A stretch of 64,000 nucleotides of DNA, taken from contig NC_043001.1 in NCBI RefSeq assembly GCF_006345805.1, forward strand, positions 98,394,001 through 98,458,000. Reading direction: 5' to 3'. The stretch's first letter is position 1. Each line of letters begins with the position of its first letter. Source of the DNA: Octopus sinensis (Eukaryota). The translations under genes and the position numbers were made by a program. A model generated the notes under the pieces. It saw nothing but the letters and a program-made list of their open reading frames with translations. It searched no databases and was not told the DNA's origin. Positions 52,706 to 64,000 of this stretch are shown here, piece by piece.

Positions 52706-52854
52706 TTTGCTTGACGGTTTAGCTCGAATGAACCTTTGACATTTGACTGGCTTTGTAAGCAAATTGACTGGCCATTCAAACCTCCGAAACTTCTGTCAGA
52801 CCTCGTCCATCTTGAAGGAGTCTTTGATATGCTCGATCTTTATCTCTGGCTTAG
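52706..52854 (+). pseudogene. SUPV3L1: SUV3 exon equivalent to human exon 14 with premature TGA ([48 protein letters not shown])
   Basis: aacag acceptor, gtaagt donor, 149 nt; TGA at 52712-52714 where orthologues have Arg (CGA>TGA). Confidence 0.93.
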
Positions 52855-53390
52855 GTAAGTACACTACCACATTTTCTACCTTTAGTGTGTCTGCTTGTGT
52901 GATTAACCTGCTTGAACTTTGCTCTGTTTTATTTAGTGCACCTGAAGCCTTTTGTGCCATCTTTCACCTTCAATATGATCACTTGAACTTTCAAGAAATG
53001 GTTGTTAAATGTTCCTCAAATCACATTACACTCTTAAATAAAGGATAAATTGGATAATTATTGTGTCTATGTCAGTGGTTTCCTACCCTTTTATTGAAAT
53101 GAGTTTTCCCTTGGACCCCTTTTAATATGCTTACCCTTATGTATGTGTATGTGTGCGTGCCTGTATATATATGTACATATATATATGTATATAAAACGAT
53201 AAATGTCGCCCTTTTCAAGCCTAGTCAGGCTCATGGGCCCGGTTTCCTGGTTTCTGTGGCGTATGTGTTCCCCCCAGCTGAACGGGACACCAGTCCATCA
53301 CAGTGTTACTGAAGAGACAGGAAGAGAGAGTGAGAGAAAGTTGTGGCGAAAGAGTACAACAGGGTCACCACCACCCCCTGCCAGAGCCTT

Positions 53391-53719
53391 GTAGTCTATA
53401 AATATAAGACTAAAGCTGCCACTGATTAGCTCCAAGAGGCCATCGCCTCTAGCTAGCTATATGACACACGAACCTGCGTCCATTATAACCTTCGAACAGG
53501 GGAGGTCAGCCGCTTCCCCTTGCTGGTCAGACATCTGCATTGATAAAGGGCAACTACCCTGAAACATAGCTGCAGATGTCTGACCAGCAAGGGGAAGTGG
53601 CTGACCTCCCCTGTTCGAAGGTTATAATGGACGCAGGTTCGTGTGTCATATAGCTCGCTAGAGGCGATGGCCTCTTGGAGCTAATCAGCGGCAGCTTTAG
53701 TCTTATATTTATAGACTAC
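53391..53719. mobile_element. Near-perfect 150-bp-arm hairpin element with a hammerhead-like loop
   Basis: Arms differ at few positions; loop 53540-53570 TTGATAA-AGGG caacta CCCT-GAAA-CATAGC. Confidence 0.8.
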
Positions 53720-53799
53720 CATATTAGCTTGGCGATAACTATTAATATCCAGTAACGCTGCCATAATCTCCTTTAGAGAGACTTAGAAATTTTAATATT

Positions 53800-54190
<391 letters not shown>

Positions 54191-55391
54191 TCATAGGCCT
54201 GTGATCCATGGAAACAAGGAAAGCAATGCTTCCCTTAAAAATTATAGAAATAAAATTGAGACTATATTACTTATTTTTCATAAGATTGTTCTTCTAATGT
54301 TCTGTAAAATTAACTATAAACTATATGACATGATAGGCTTCGGACTTTTATTGTTGGAATTAGCATGAGATGGACAAGCAGTGGCAGATGACAAAAAATC
54401 TGTGCAAGGGAAGCAACACGAACTGTTGCTTACTTCTTAGTGTAATATTTTAACATTTTCTATTGTGTCTGGGGAGAGTCATTTTCTTTTTGTGCCTCAG
54501 CAGTAAAATTTCCACTTTTTTCTTATTTTTATTTTCCTAAAATTTTCGTTGCTAGGAAAATAAAAATAAGAAAAAAGTGGAAATTTTACCGGTGATTGTG
54601 TTACATTATAAGGCACAAAAAGAAATTGACTCTCCCCAGACACAACAGAATATGCTTCAACACACGAACTCATATAAAGAATCTTGCAAACCAAATCCAA
54701 AAACGAAATTTTAACATTTTTCCCAATAAAAATCCCACAAAGACAATTTTTTTCTAGTAAGAGCTGATAGCGAATAGTTTTAGATGCTAATAAATACTTA
54801 TACGCTTAGATTAAGTTCCTGTCAATTCACAATACCTATGATATATATATGATCTTGCATTGTTATGTAACATAGGAAAAGGGAAGCAAGTTGACATTCT
54901 GCTTCCATCAGAAAAATGGTGACAAGAAAACACACACATAGTTTTCTGCATGTATTCAACTAATATTTTTATACTTTTTCAAATTATAGAACACCCTTAA
55001 TATAAAATGTGATTTTTTTTTATTTTAAAAATAGCTGTATAATATGAACATGTCAATTTGATTTAAATATATATGTGACAGAAAATTTTGGTCATTGCAT
55101 CCCTAGCCAGAAAGATCACCGTGCACTCCTCATATATATATATATATGAAAATTTGAATTTAGTTCATGGCATCTCCCCACCCCAGTACTACCTTTGATT
55201 TTATTATTGTTATCTATTTGAAAATATAGCCACAAAACGTGCATAGTCTTTTTACTACTATTTACTATTTTTTGTACTTTATTAATTTTTAGAATAAGGT
55301 TTTTATAGTATATGTTTTCTATATGGTGTGAATAACATCTTTCATTATTGAAGTATTTAATAGAGGTTTTGCTTTAAATTATATACATATA

Positions 55392-58300
55392 TCATCATCA
55401 TCATCATCATCATCATCATTTAACGTCCGCTTTCTATGCTAGCATGGGTCGGACGGTTCAACTGGGGTCTGGGGAGCCCGAAAGCTGCACCAGTCCAGTC
55501 AGATCTGGCAGTTTTTCTACAGCTGGATGCCCTTCCTAACGCCAACCACTCTGAGAGTGTAGTGGGTGATTTTATGTGCCACCGACACAGGTGCCAGACA
55601 AGGCTGGCAAACGGCCACGCTCGGATGGTGTTTTTTATGTGCCACCGACACAGGTGCCAGACGAGGCTGTCAGACGTCCATGCTCGGATGGTGTTTTTAT
55701 GTGCCACCGACCAGGTGCCAGATGAGGCTGGCAAACGGCCACGATCGGATGGTGTTTGTTACGTGCCCACAGCACGGAGGCCAGTCGATGCGGTACTGGC
55801 TACGGCCACGTTCGGATGGTTTTCTTGTGTGCCACGTGCCACGGCACTGGTACCACAAAGATACAAATTCCATTGATGTTCATCTATTTTGATTTGTTTT
55901 GATTTTCACTTGCCTCAACAGGTCTTCACAAGTGTCACAAGAAGGAAGGTATGCACAGGTGAACTGACTACGTCCCAGGTAGGGGCCACAGGTTATGGCC
56001 TGACTAGTCTTGCCGGGTCTTCGGATGGTGTTTTTATGTGCCACCGACACAGGTGCCAGATGAGGCTGGCGAACGGCCACGATCGGATGGTGTTTGTTAC
56101 GTGCCCACAGCACGGAGGCCAGTCGATGCGGTACTGGCTACGGCCACGTTCAGATGGTTTTCTTGTGTGCCACCGGCACTGGTACCACAAAGATACAATT
56201 CCATTAATGTTCATCTATTTTGATTTGTTTTGATTTGATTTGATTTGATTTGTTTTGATTTCATTTTGATTTTCACTTGCCTCAACAGGCCTTCACAAGT
56301 ATCACAAGGAGGAAGGTATGCACAGGTGGACTGACTACGTCCCAGGTAGGGGCCATGGGATATGGCCTGACTAGTCTTGCCGGGTCTTCGGATGGTGTTT
56401 TTATGTGCCACCGACACAGGTGCTAGATGAGGCTGGCGAACGGCCACGATCGGATGGTGTCTGTTATGTGCCCACAGCACGATGGCCAGTTGATGCGGTA
56501 CTGACTACGGCCACGTTCGGATGGATTTCTTGTGTGCCACAGGCACTGGTACCACAAAGATACAAATTCCATTGATGTTCATCTATTTTGATTTGATTTG
56601 ATTTTCACTTGCCTCAACAGGTCTTCACAATTGTCACAAGAAGGAAGGTATGCACAGGTGGACTGACTAGTCTTGCCGGGTCTTCGGAAGGTGTTTTTAT
56701 GTGCCACCGACACAGGTGCCAGATGAGGCTGGCGAACGGCCATGATCGGATGGTGTTTGTTACGTGCCCACAGCACGGAGGCCGGTCGATGCGGAACTGG
56801 CTACGGCCACATTCGGATGGTTCTCTTGTGTGCCACCGGCACTGGTACCACAAAGATACAAATTCCATTGATGTTCATCTATTTTGATTTGATTTTCACT
56901 TGCCTCAACAGGTCTTCACAAGTGTCACAAGAAGGAAGGTATGCACAGGTGGACTGACTACGTCCCAGGTAGGGGCCATGGGTTATGGCCTGACTAGTCT
57001 TGCCGGGTCTTCGGATGGTGTTTTTATGTGCCACCGACACAGGTGCTAGATGAGGCTGGCGAACGGCCACGATCGGATGGTGTTTGTCATGCGCCCACAG
57101 CACGGAGGCCAGTCGATGCGGTACTGGCTACGGCCACTTTCGGATGGTTTCTCTTGTGTGCCACCGGCACTGGTACCACAAAGATACAAATTCCATTGAT
57201 GTTCATCTATTTTGATTTGTTTTGATTTGATTTGATTTTCACTTGCCTCAACAGGCCTTCACAAGTATCACAAGGAGGAAGGTATGCACAGGTGGACTGA
57301 CTACGTCCCAGGTAGGGGCCATGGGTTATGGCCTGACTAGTCTTGCCGGGTCTTCAGATGGTGTTTTTATGTGCCACCGACACAGGTGCTAGATGAGGCT
57401 GGCGAACGGCCACGATCGGATGGTGTTTGTTATGTGCCCACAGCACGATGGCCAGTGATGCGGTACTGACTACGGCCACGTTCGGATGGATTCTTGTGTG
57501 CCACCGGCACTGGTACCACAAAGATACAAATTCCATTGATGTTCATCTATTTTGATTTGTTTTGATTTTCACTTGCCTCAACAGGTCTTCACAAGTGACA
57601 CAAGAATGAAGGTATGTACAGGTGGACTGACTACGTCCCAGGTAGGGGCCACGGGTTATGACCTGACTAGTCTTGCTGGGTCTTCGGATGGTGTTTTTAT
57701 GTGCCACCATGTCCCACAGCACGGAGGCCAGTCGATGCGGTACTGGCTACGGCCACTTTCGGATGGTTTTCTTGTGTGCCACAGCCACTGGTACCACAAA
57801 GATACAAATTCCATTGATGTTCATCTATTTTGATTGATTTTCACTTGCCTCAGCAGGTCTTCACAAGTGTCACAAGAAGGAGGTATGCACAGGTGGATCG
57901 ACTACGTCCCAGGTAGGGGCCACGGGATATGGCCTGACTAGTCCTGCCGGGTCCTCTCATGCACAGCACACTTCCATAGGACTCGGTCTTCAGTCATTTC
58001 CTTGGTGAGACCTAAAGTTCGAAGGTCGTGCTTCACCACCTCGTCCCAGGTTTTCCTGGGTCTACCTCTTCCACAGGTTCCCTCAACTGCTAGGGTGTAG
58101 CACTTTTGCACACAACTATCTTCAGCCATTCTCGTCACATGACCATACCAGCGCAGCCGTCTCTCTTGCACACCACAACTGACACTTCTTAGGTCAACTT
58201 TTCTCTCAAAGTACTTACACTCTGACGATTATGAACACTGACATTACACATCCATCGGAGCATACTGGCTTCATTTCTTGCAAGCTTACGCATATCCTCA

Positions 58301-60930
58301 GCAGTCACGGCCCATGTTTCACTACCATGTAGCATGGCTGTACGTACACACGCATCATATAGTCTGCCTTTTACTCTTAGCGAGAGGCCTTTTGTCACCA
58401 GCAGGGGTAAGAGCTCTCTAAACTTTGCCCAGGCTATTCTTACTCTAGCAGTTACACTTTCAGCACACCCACCCCCGCTACTGACTTGGTCTCCTAGGTA
58501 GCGGAAGCTATCAACTACTTCTAGTTTGTCTCCCTGGAACGTGGTAGAAGTTGGTCTCTGCACATTTCCAGTGTTTATTGCTCCTGAGCATCTGTCACAG
58601 ACAAAAACTATTTTCTTAGTTAGCCTTCCTTTGACATTGCTGCACCTCTTATGTGTCCATAGCTTACACTTGGTGCACCTTATAGAGTTTCTACCTACAC
58701 ACCTTTTTTACAGATCGAGCAGGGCCATCTACCTGAAGTCGTTTGTGATTGGTCCACCTTCCTACTTATTAGGACTTGTTTTGGCTAGGTTGATTCTAAG
58801 GCCCTTCGATTCTAATCCTTGTTTCCACACCTGAAACTTCTCTTCCAGTTCTGATAGTGACTCAGCAATTAGAGCAAGGTCATCAGCATGAGGAGCTCCC
58901 AGGGGCATCCTGTCTTGAATTCCTCCGTTATTGCCTGGAGGACTATGATAAATAGGAGGGGACTGAGGACTGAACCTTGGTGGACCCCAACCTCTACCCG
59001 GAATTCTTCACTGTACTCGTTGCCAACCCTCACCTTACTAGCAGCGTCTCTGTACATGGCTCGCACAGCTCTCACTAACCTTTCATCTATCCCTAGTTTC
59101 CTCATTGACCACCAGATAAGGGATCGGGGGACCCTGTCAAAGGCTTTCTCCAAGTCAACAAAAGCCAGATACAAGGCTTATCTTTGGCTAGGTATTTCTC
59201 CTGCAGCTGTCTTACCAGGAATATAGCATCAGTAGTACTTTTCCCTGGCACGAACCCAAACTGCATATCATCTAAGCTAACTCTCTCTCTAATTAATTGG
59301 GCTATAACCCTCTCCATAACCTTCATTACCTGATCCAGCAGCTTGATGCCCCTGTAGTTATTTGTATCTAGGGCGTCGCCTTTACCTTTGTAGCAGTTGA
59401 CTATTATGCTGCTACACCAGTCATTGGGTATGACTCCTTCGTGTATCACCTGGTTTACTATACGGGTGACTAAGCTATAGCCGACACTACCAGATATTTT
59501 GAGCATCTCTGCAGTAATTCCTGATGGGCCTGGGGCTTTCCCTGTTTTCATGCTTCTAATTGCCTTATCTACTAAGGAACTGTTAACTCGGATTGCTGGT
59601 CCCTCTGTTGGGTCGACATTCGGGAGACTCTCTTTATCCTATTCATTTTCCTCATTCAGCAACCTTTCATAGTGGCATCTCCAAGCCTCTCTCTTTGCAT
59701 CCTCATTTAGCGCAAGTGAACCGTCATCCTTGCGAACACATTTCTCTCCTACCACGTCACGATTCTCTCTCACACACTGTCTTGCAACACGAAATACCTC
59801 AAGTCTTTCATCCTCACGGCGCAGGACATTGGCAAATTTTTTCTTTATCTGCCTCCCCTCTGGCTAGATAGACCTGTTTCCTAGCTTCCCTTCTGGCAGT
59901 CTGATACACTTCCCTGCTACCACCGTTCTTCCAGCCTTCCAAGCCTGTTTCTTTTGTCTAATAGCCCTGTCAACAATATTGTTCCACCACCACGTTATTT
60001 TGGGTCTTAAGGGGACTTTGCACCAGCCACAGATCTGGTCAGCGGCTTTCAGCAGGTTGTCCCTCAGAAACGTCCAGTTGTCTTCTACCCCATGCGTAGC
60101 TATACTCCCTCCACTTCGTCAAAGGCTTCAAGTAACATATCTCTAAATCTCTGTCCATTCGCAGGGTCTTTTAGCTTCCAGACCCTTCTTCTCCATGTTG
60201 GTCGTCTCTAGTCGCCCTCTTAGTCCTGATCCTAAAGTCACTAACTACCAGTCTATGTTGTGGGTGCCATTCTTCGCCTGGAAGGTTTTGGCATTTATAA
60301 GCAGGCCATCTTTCCCTTTTCTGGCAAGGATGTAGTCAATCTGGCTGGTGTGTCTGCCAGAACGGTAGGTGACTAGGTGAGAGGTGGGTTTCCTGAAGTT
60401 GGTATTGCAGACCATAAGGTCATTTGCATCGCAGAACTCCAGCAGCCTGGTTCCCTCCCGTTGCGGGAACCATAACCGTAGCTCCATGTACGCCATGGAA
60501 GACCCCCAGCATGTCGTCCAACATGCCCATTGAAATCACCAGCCACAAAGAGAAGGTCCCTGTTGTTCGTCAATGAGGTGGTCTGCAGTAGGGTGTCAGA
60601 GAAACTGTCTTTCTGTCCATCGGTTAGCCCTGGCTGAGGGGCATAGGCCGATATAATGGTTGCTAATCTATTATGAAGCACTATCTAATCTTAAGTATTC
60701 TGTCACTTACTCTGATTACCTCAATTACTCTATCTACCCATTTCTCAGCGATAAGTATACCCACGCCACCGACCCCGTCAGTGTTCCTGCCCAGAAATCT
60801 TGTACTGTGTTCCTTGCCTGTGAGGAACCTAGCAGATCCTCCTCTCCACCTTATTTCTTGCATGCAAAACCTCCTAAACCATCTCCGTTCAAGCATCTCA
60901 ACTATCTCGCCAGATCTACCTTTCATTGTG
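55392..60930 (-). mobile_element. RTE-clade LINE, 5'-truncated, endonuclease-RT ORF frameshifted, with amplified 3' UTR and (GAT)n tail
   Basis: APE motifs (SAYAPQ, GDFNGHVG, SQIDYIL) and RT motifs (NYRGIKLL, FVDLEKAFDRVPR, GVHQGSVLSPLLF, FRYLG); ORF ends at 57938. Confidence 0.95.
55872..57960. repeat. Tandem array of about 280-370-bp units from the RTE ORF end and 3' UTR
   Basis: Marker att(g/a)atgttcatctattttg recurs at about 55872, 56203, 56571, 56867, 57195, 57535, 57813. Confidence 0.92.
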
Positions 60931-61040
60931 AAATTTGATTTAAAATGTTAATTGAATTTTTCCCTGTAAGTTTTGGTATTATATTCCCTACTATTATTAT
61001 TATATATACATACATACTACTTACATATATACATGCACCA

Positions 61041-61081
<41 letters not shown>

Positions 61082-61291
61082 ATATATATATATATATAGA
61101 TATATATTATATATATATATATATACATACATAAATATCTGTAAATATAAAAACCATATGAATTTATCATTTTTTCTAATATAAGATACCTGTACATCAG
61201 CTCCAAACCTTCTAATATATGTATATGTATGTACATACATAATATTATATATATATATATATATATATGTATGGATACACACACACACATA

Positions 61292-61337
<46 letters not shown>

Positions 61338-61364
61338 CATATATATATTAATATGTATGTATAC

Positions 61365-61395
<31 letters not shown>

Positions 61396-61556
61396 TATAT
61401 ATATGTATGTATATATACATATATGTTATATATGTATGTTGTATATATGCATATATATATATGTATGTATATAACATATATATATATAATGTATGTATGT
61501 ATGTATATATACATATATATATATATGTATGTATGTATATATGCATTTATACATAC

Positions 61557-61599
<43 letters not shown>

Positions 61600-61730
61600 T
61601 ACACACACATATATATATATATCTATATCTATATATATATCTATATCTATATATATACCATGTTGATATTTTGTATTTTGGATATCTATTATATATCTTT
61701 GTTATGTTTGGTTTATTTTTCATTTTGCAG

Positions 61731-62207
61731 TTACCGCTTCCCAGATATGTTTCCAGATGTCGAACAAGTGCGCTACATGCAACACGAACTCGACTCTATC
61801 ATTTAAGTCGGTGTATTTAACATCACCAGTTTGCTCAAGTCCAGCAAGCAACACACAACTGGAGTCAATGTTATTGACGACGATGAAGACTTTGATATAC
61901 GCAGTTGGCTGAAAAGATCTTTGAAGACTTCTCTCGCTGAAACGAACGAGGGAGATTTGGATGATTTCTCTCCAGAATTGTTGGAGGATTATGGTGAATA
62001 CAATAAAAGTATCACTAGTAATAAGAAAACGCTCACAGACTCTTATGTAAATGCCAAAAACCTCCAGAGTGTTGGGAGGTTAGAGCCAGGCCAAGGTAAA
62101 CTCACTGCATATCTATTGAAGAAAGTTTGTTGACGCCAAAAGTGCTTCGTAAGCTTCAAGAAGAATGGTCGTTAGAAGATGACTATCGTAAAAAGAAGAA
62201 AAAATAA
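61731..62207 (+). pseudogene. SUPV3L1: SUV3 terminal exon with TAA at 61804-61806 and a 1-nt deletion near 62125
   Basis: ttttgcag acceptor; [36 protein letters not shown]...; after the shift the frame reads (G)LLTPKVLRKLQEEW...KKKK*, like human GLLTPDMLKQLEKEW; AATAAA at about 62247. Confidence 0.9.
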
Positions 62208-63547
62208 TGACAATTAATTAAAAAGGCTTTTTTAATAGTTTAAAACAATAAAATAAATTTCTATTTTTAATTTGTTTCTTCGTTCACTAATAGAAGGGAG
62301 ATAATTCTCTAAGTTTCAAGGGAGATAACCGTTAATTGATTTCATAGTTTCTGAAGGAAAACCTGATGATATAAGATTATTCTGTTGACCTTGGCTTCTA
62401 CAACAAAGTAAATACTGTGGCAAACTTACGTACCTAAATATTCAGTTCAACATTATGAACATAAGAAACAAAAAGAAAGGTGATAACTTACAACAAAATT
62501 CAGCGGATTTGACCAACTTTACTGGGCAAGGGAGATAACCGACCAAACTCTTAGCAATAGTTAACTGGGTAAATGTGTGACATCTGCTAATATTGCTGTA
62601 ACTACCAGTGTTATTAATTAATTAATTGATTAATTTTATTTATTCATTTATTACAGAACATGCTGTCCTAAAAAGGAAAAATCAAACAAATAAAATCCAT
62701 TGTAATTCGTTAATAATTATATCTGGGGAGATATACTTTACGGACGTTTATAAAAAATTTGGGGGTTTGACTTCAGAACGTAAAAAGCTGATTTTGTTTG
62801 ATGCCCTAGTAATTGTACTAACCCAGCACCCACAAGATTGCTAATAGTGGTGCCAGGCTACACATTTTGGGGAAAAGTACTGTGGATTAAGTCAACCTCA
62901 TTGCTAGACTGGTTTAAGGCGGCGCGCTGGCGGAATCGTTAGCTCGCCGGATAAAATGCTTAGAATTGTGCCTATAAGGATTATTAATACTAATATTAAT
63001 AAAAGGCGGCGCGCTTGCGGAATCGTTGGCACACCGGACAGAATGTTGTGGAATTTCGTCAGTCTTATGTTTTGAGTTCAAATTCAACGGCCGTCGCCTT
63101 TGCCTTTCATTCTCCTAGGGATCGATAAAATGCTTAAAATCTACCAAAAGGTCGACTTTGATTTCATCCTTTCGGGGTTGATAAAATAGGTACCTGGTGA
63201 GCACTCCGGATAAAGTTAATGCCCCCGAATTTGCTCGTCTCGTGCCAAAATTCGAAACCTCCTCCTCCTCCTCCTCCTCCTCCACCACCACCACCACCTC
63301 CTCCTCCTCCTCCTCCTCCTCCTCACCATCATTATTATCATTATTATTATTATTCAGTAGTTTATTTTTATTGTTATAGCGCTGCTTTCACTTCACTACC
63401 GAGCGCAGCTCTGGTGCCTTGGGTATGTGCTGCTGTGATTTGTTGTGATGCTCTCTGATGGTTATTGTATGGAAGTGTTCTGCGAAGGATGTGTGCAGTG
63501 CCTAGTAGTGCAATTTTCTGTATGTTATATGTGTTTGTAAGTTATTA

Positions 63548-63595
<48 letters not shown>

Positions 63596-64000
63596 CATTA
63601 TTATTATTATTATTATTATCATTATTATTTTCATTATTATTATTATATTATTATTATATTTATCATTATCATATTATATTTTATTATTATTATTATGAAG
63701 GCGACGAGCTAGTAGAGTTGTTTGTACGCCCATCAGAATACTTAGCGGCATTTCGTCTGCCATCGCATTACAAGTTCAAATACCGCCGAGGTCTACTGGG
63801 TTTTTAAAAATCCTTTCGGTGTCGATAAGTACCAGTTGAGTACTGGGGTGGATGTGCCTATAGTAGAAAGAATTATTAAACTGGTTTCTATGTGATCAAC
63901 AAGTAGGGAAAATCTACACGTTCGCTCGATCTGCAAGAAACAGCGACTAAATCTCCACCAGATCACATATCATCTAAATAGAATATTAAAAAATTCACTT

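Noticed and set aside
55420-57833. Repeated similar ORFs and a CRISPR-like periodic appearance
   Set aside because: Units are whole 300-bp duplications of a LINE 3' UTR with no unique spacers; eukaryotic context.
63197-63458. Poly-Pro/Ser/His ORFs
   Set aside because: (CCT/CCA)n and (ATT)n microsatellites inside SINE remnants.

Overview
Repeat-rich, AT-rich eukaryotic genomic DNA, most likely an octopus (coleoid cephalopod); this is inferred from the SINE families and microsatellite density. Two host loci sit head-to-head about 4.9 kb apart. (1) An intact 59-codon microprotein gene on the minus strand (23766-23945) that matches vertebrate SMIM30 and is too short for the ORF track. (2) An intron-containing copy of the mitochondrial RNA helicase SUPV3L1/SUV3 on the plus strand (28841-62207). 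Nine exons are recognisable, equivalent to human exons 1-5 and 12-15. The six helicase-core exons (6-11) are absent from ungapped sequence, and exons 14-15 carry two nonsense codons and a 1-nt frameshift, so it looks like an unprocessed decaying duplicate unless the assembly is wrong. The rest is tRNA-derived SINEs, RTE/CR1/L1-like LINE remnants (including a 5.5-kb RTE whose 3' UTR is tandemly amplified), mariner fossils, hAT/Tc1 MITEs, non-autonomous Helitrons and many long foldback repeats. Several short Penelope-type elements carry minimal hammerhead-ribozyme motifs, one with an intact core. There is also a candidate H/ACA-like small RNA near 22.5 kb. Nearly all Y/I/H-rich ORFs in the track are microsatellite artefacts. 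All homology calls come from recognition and manual translation, not database searches.
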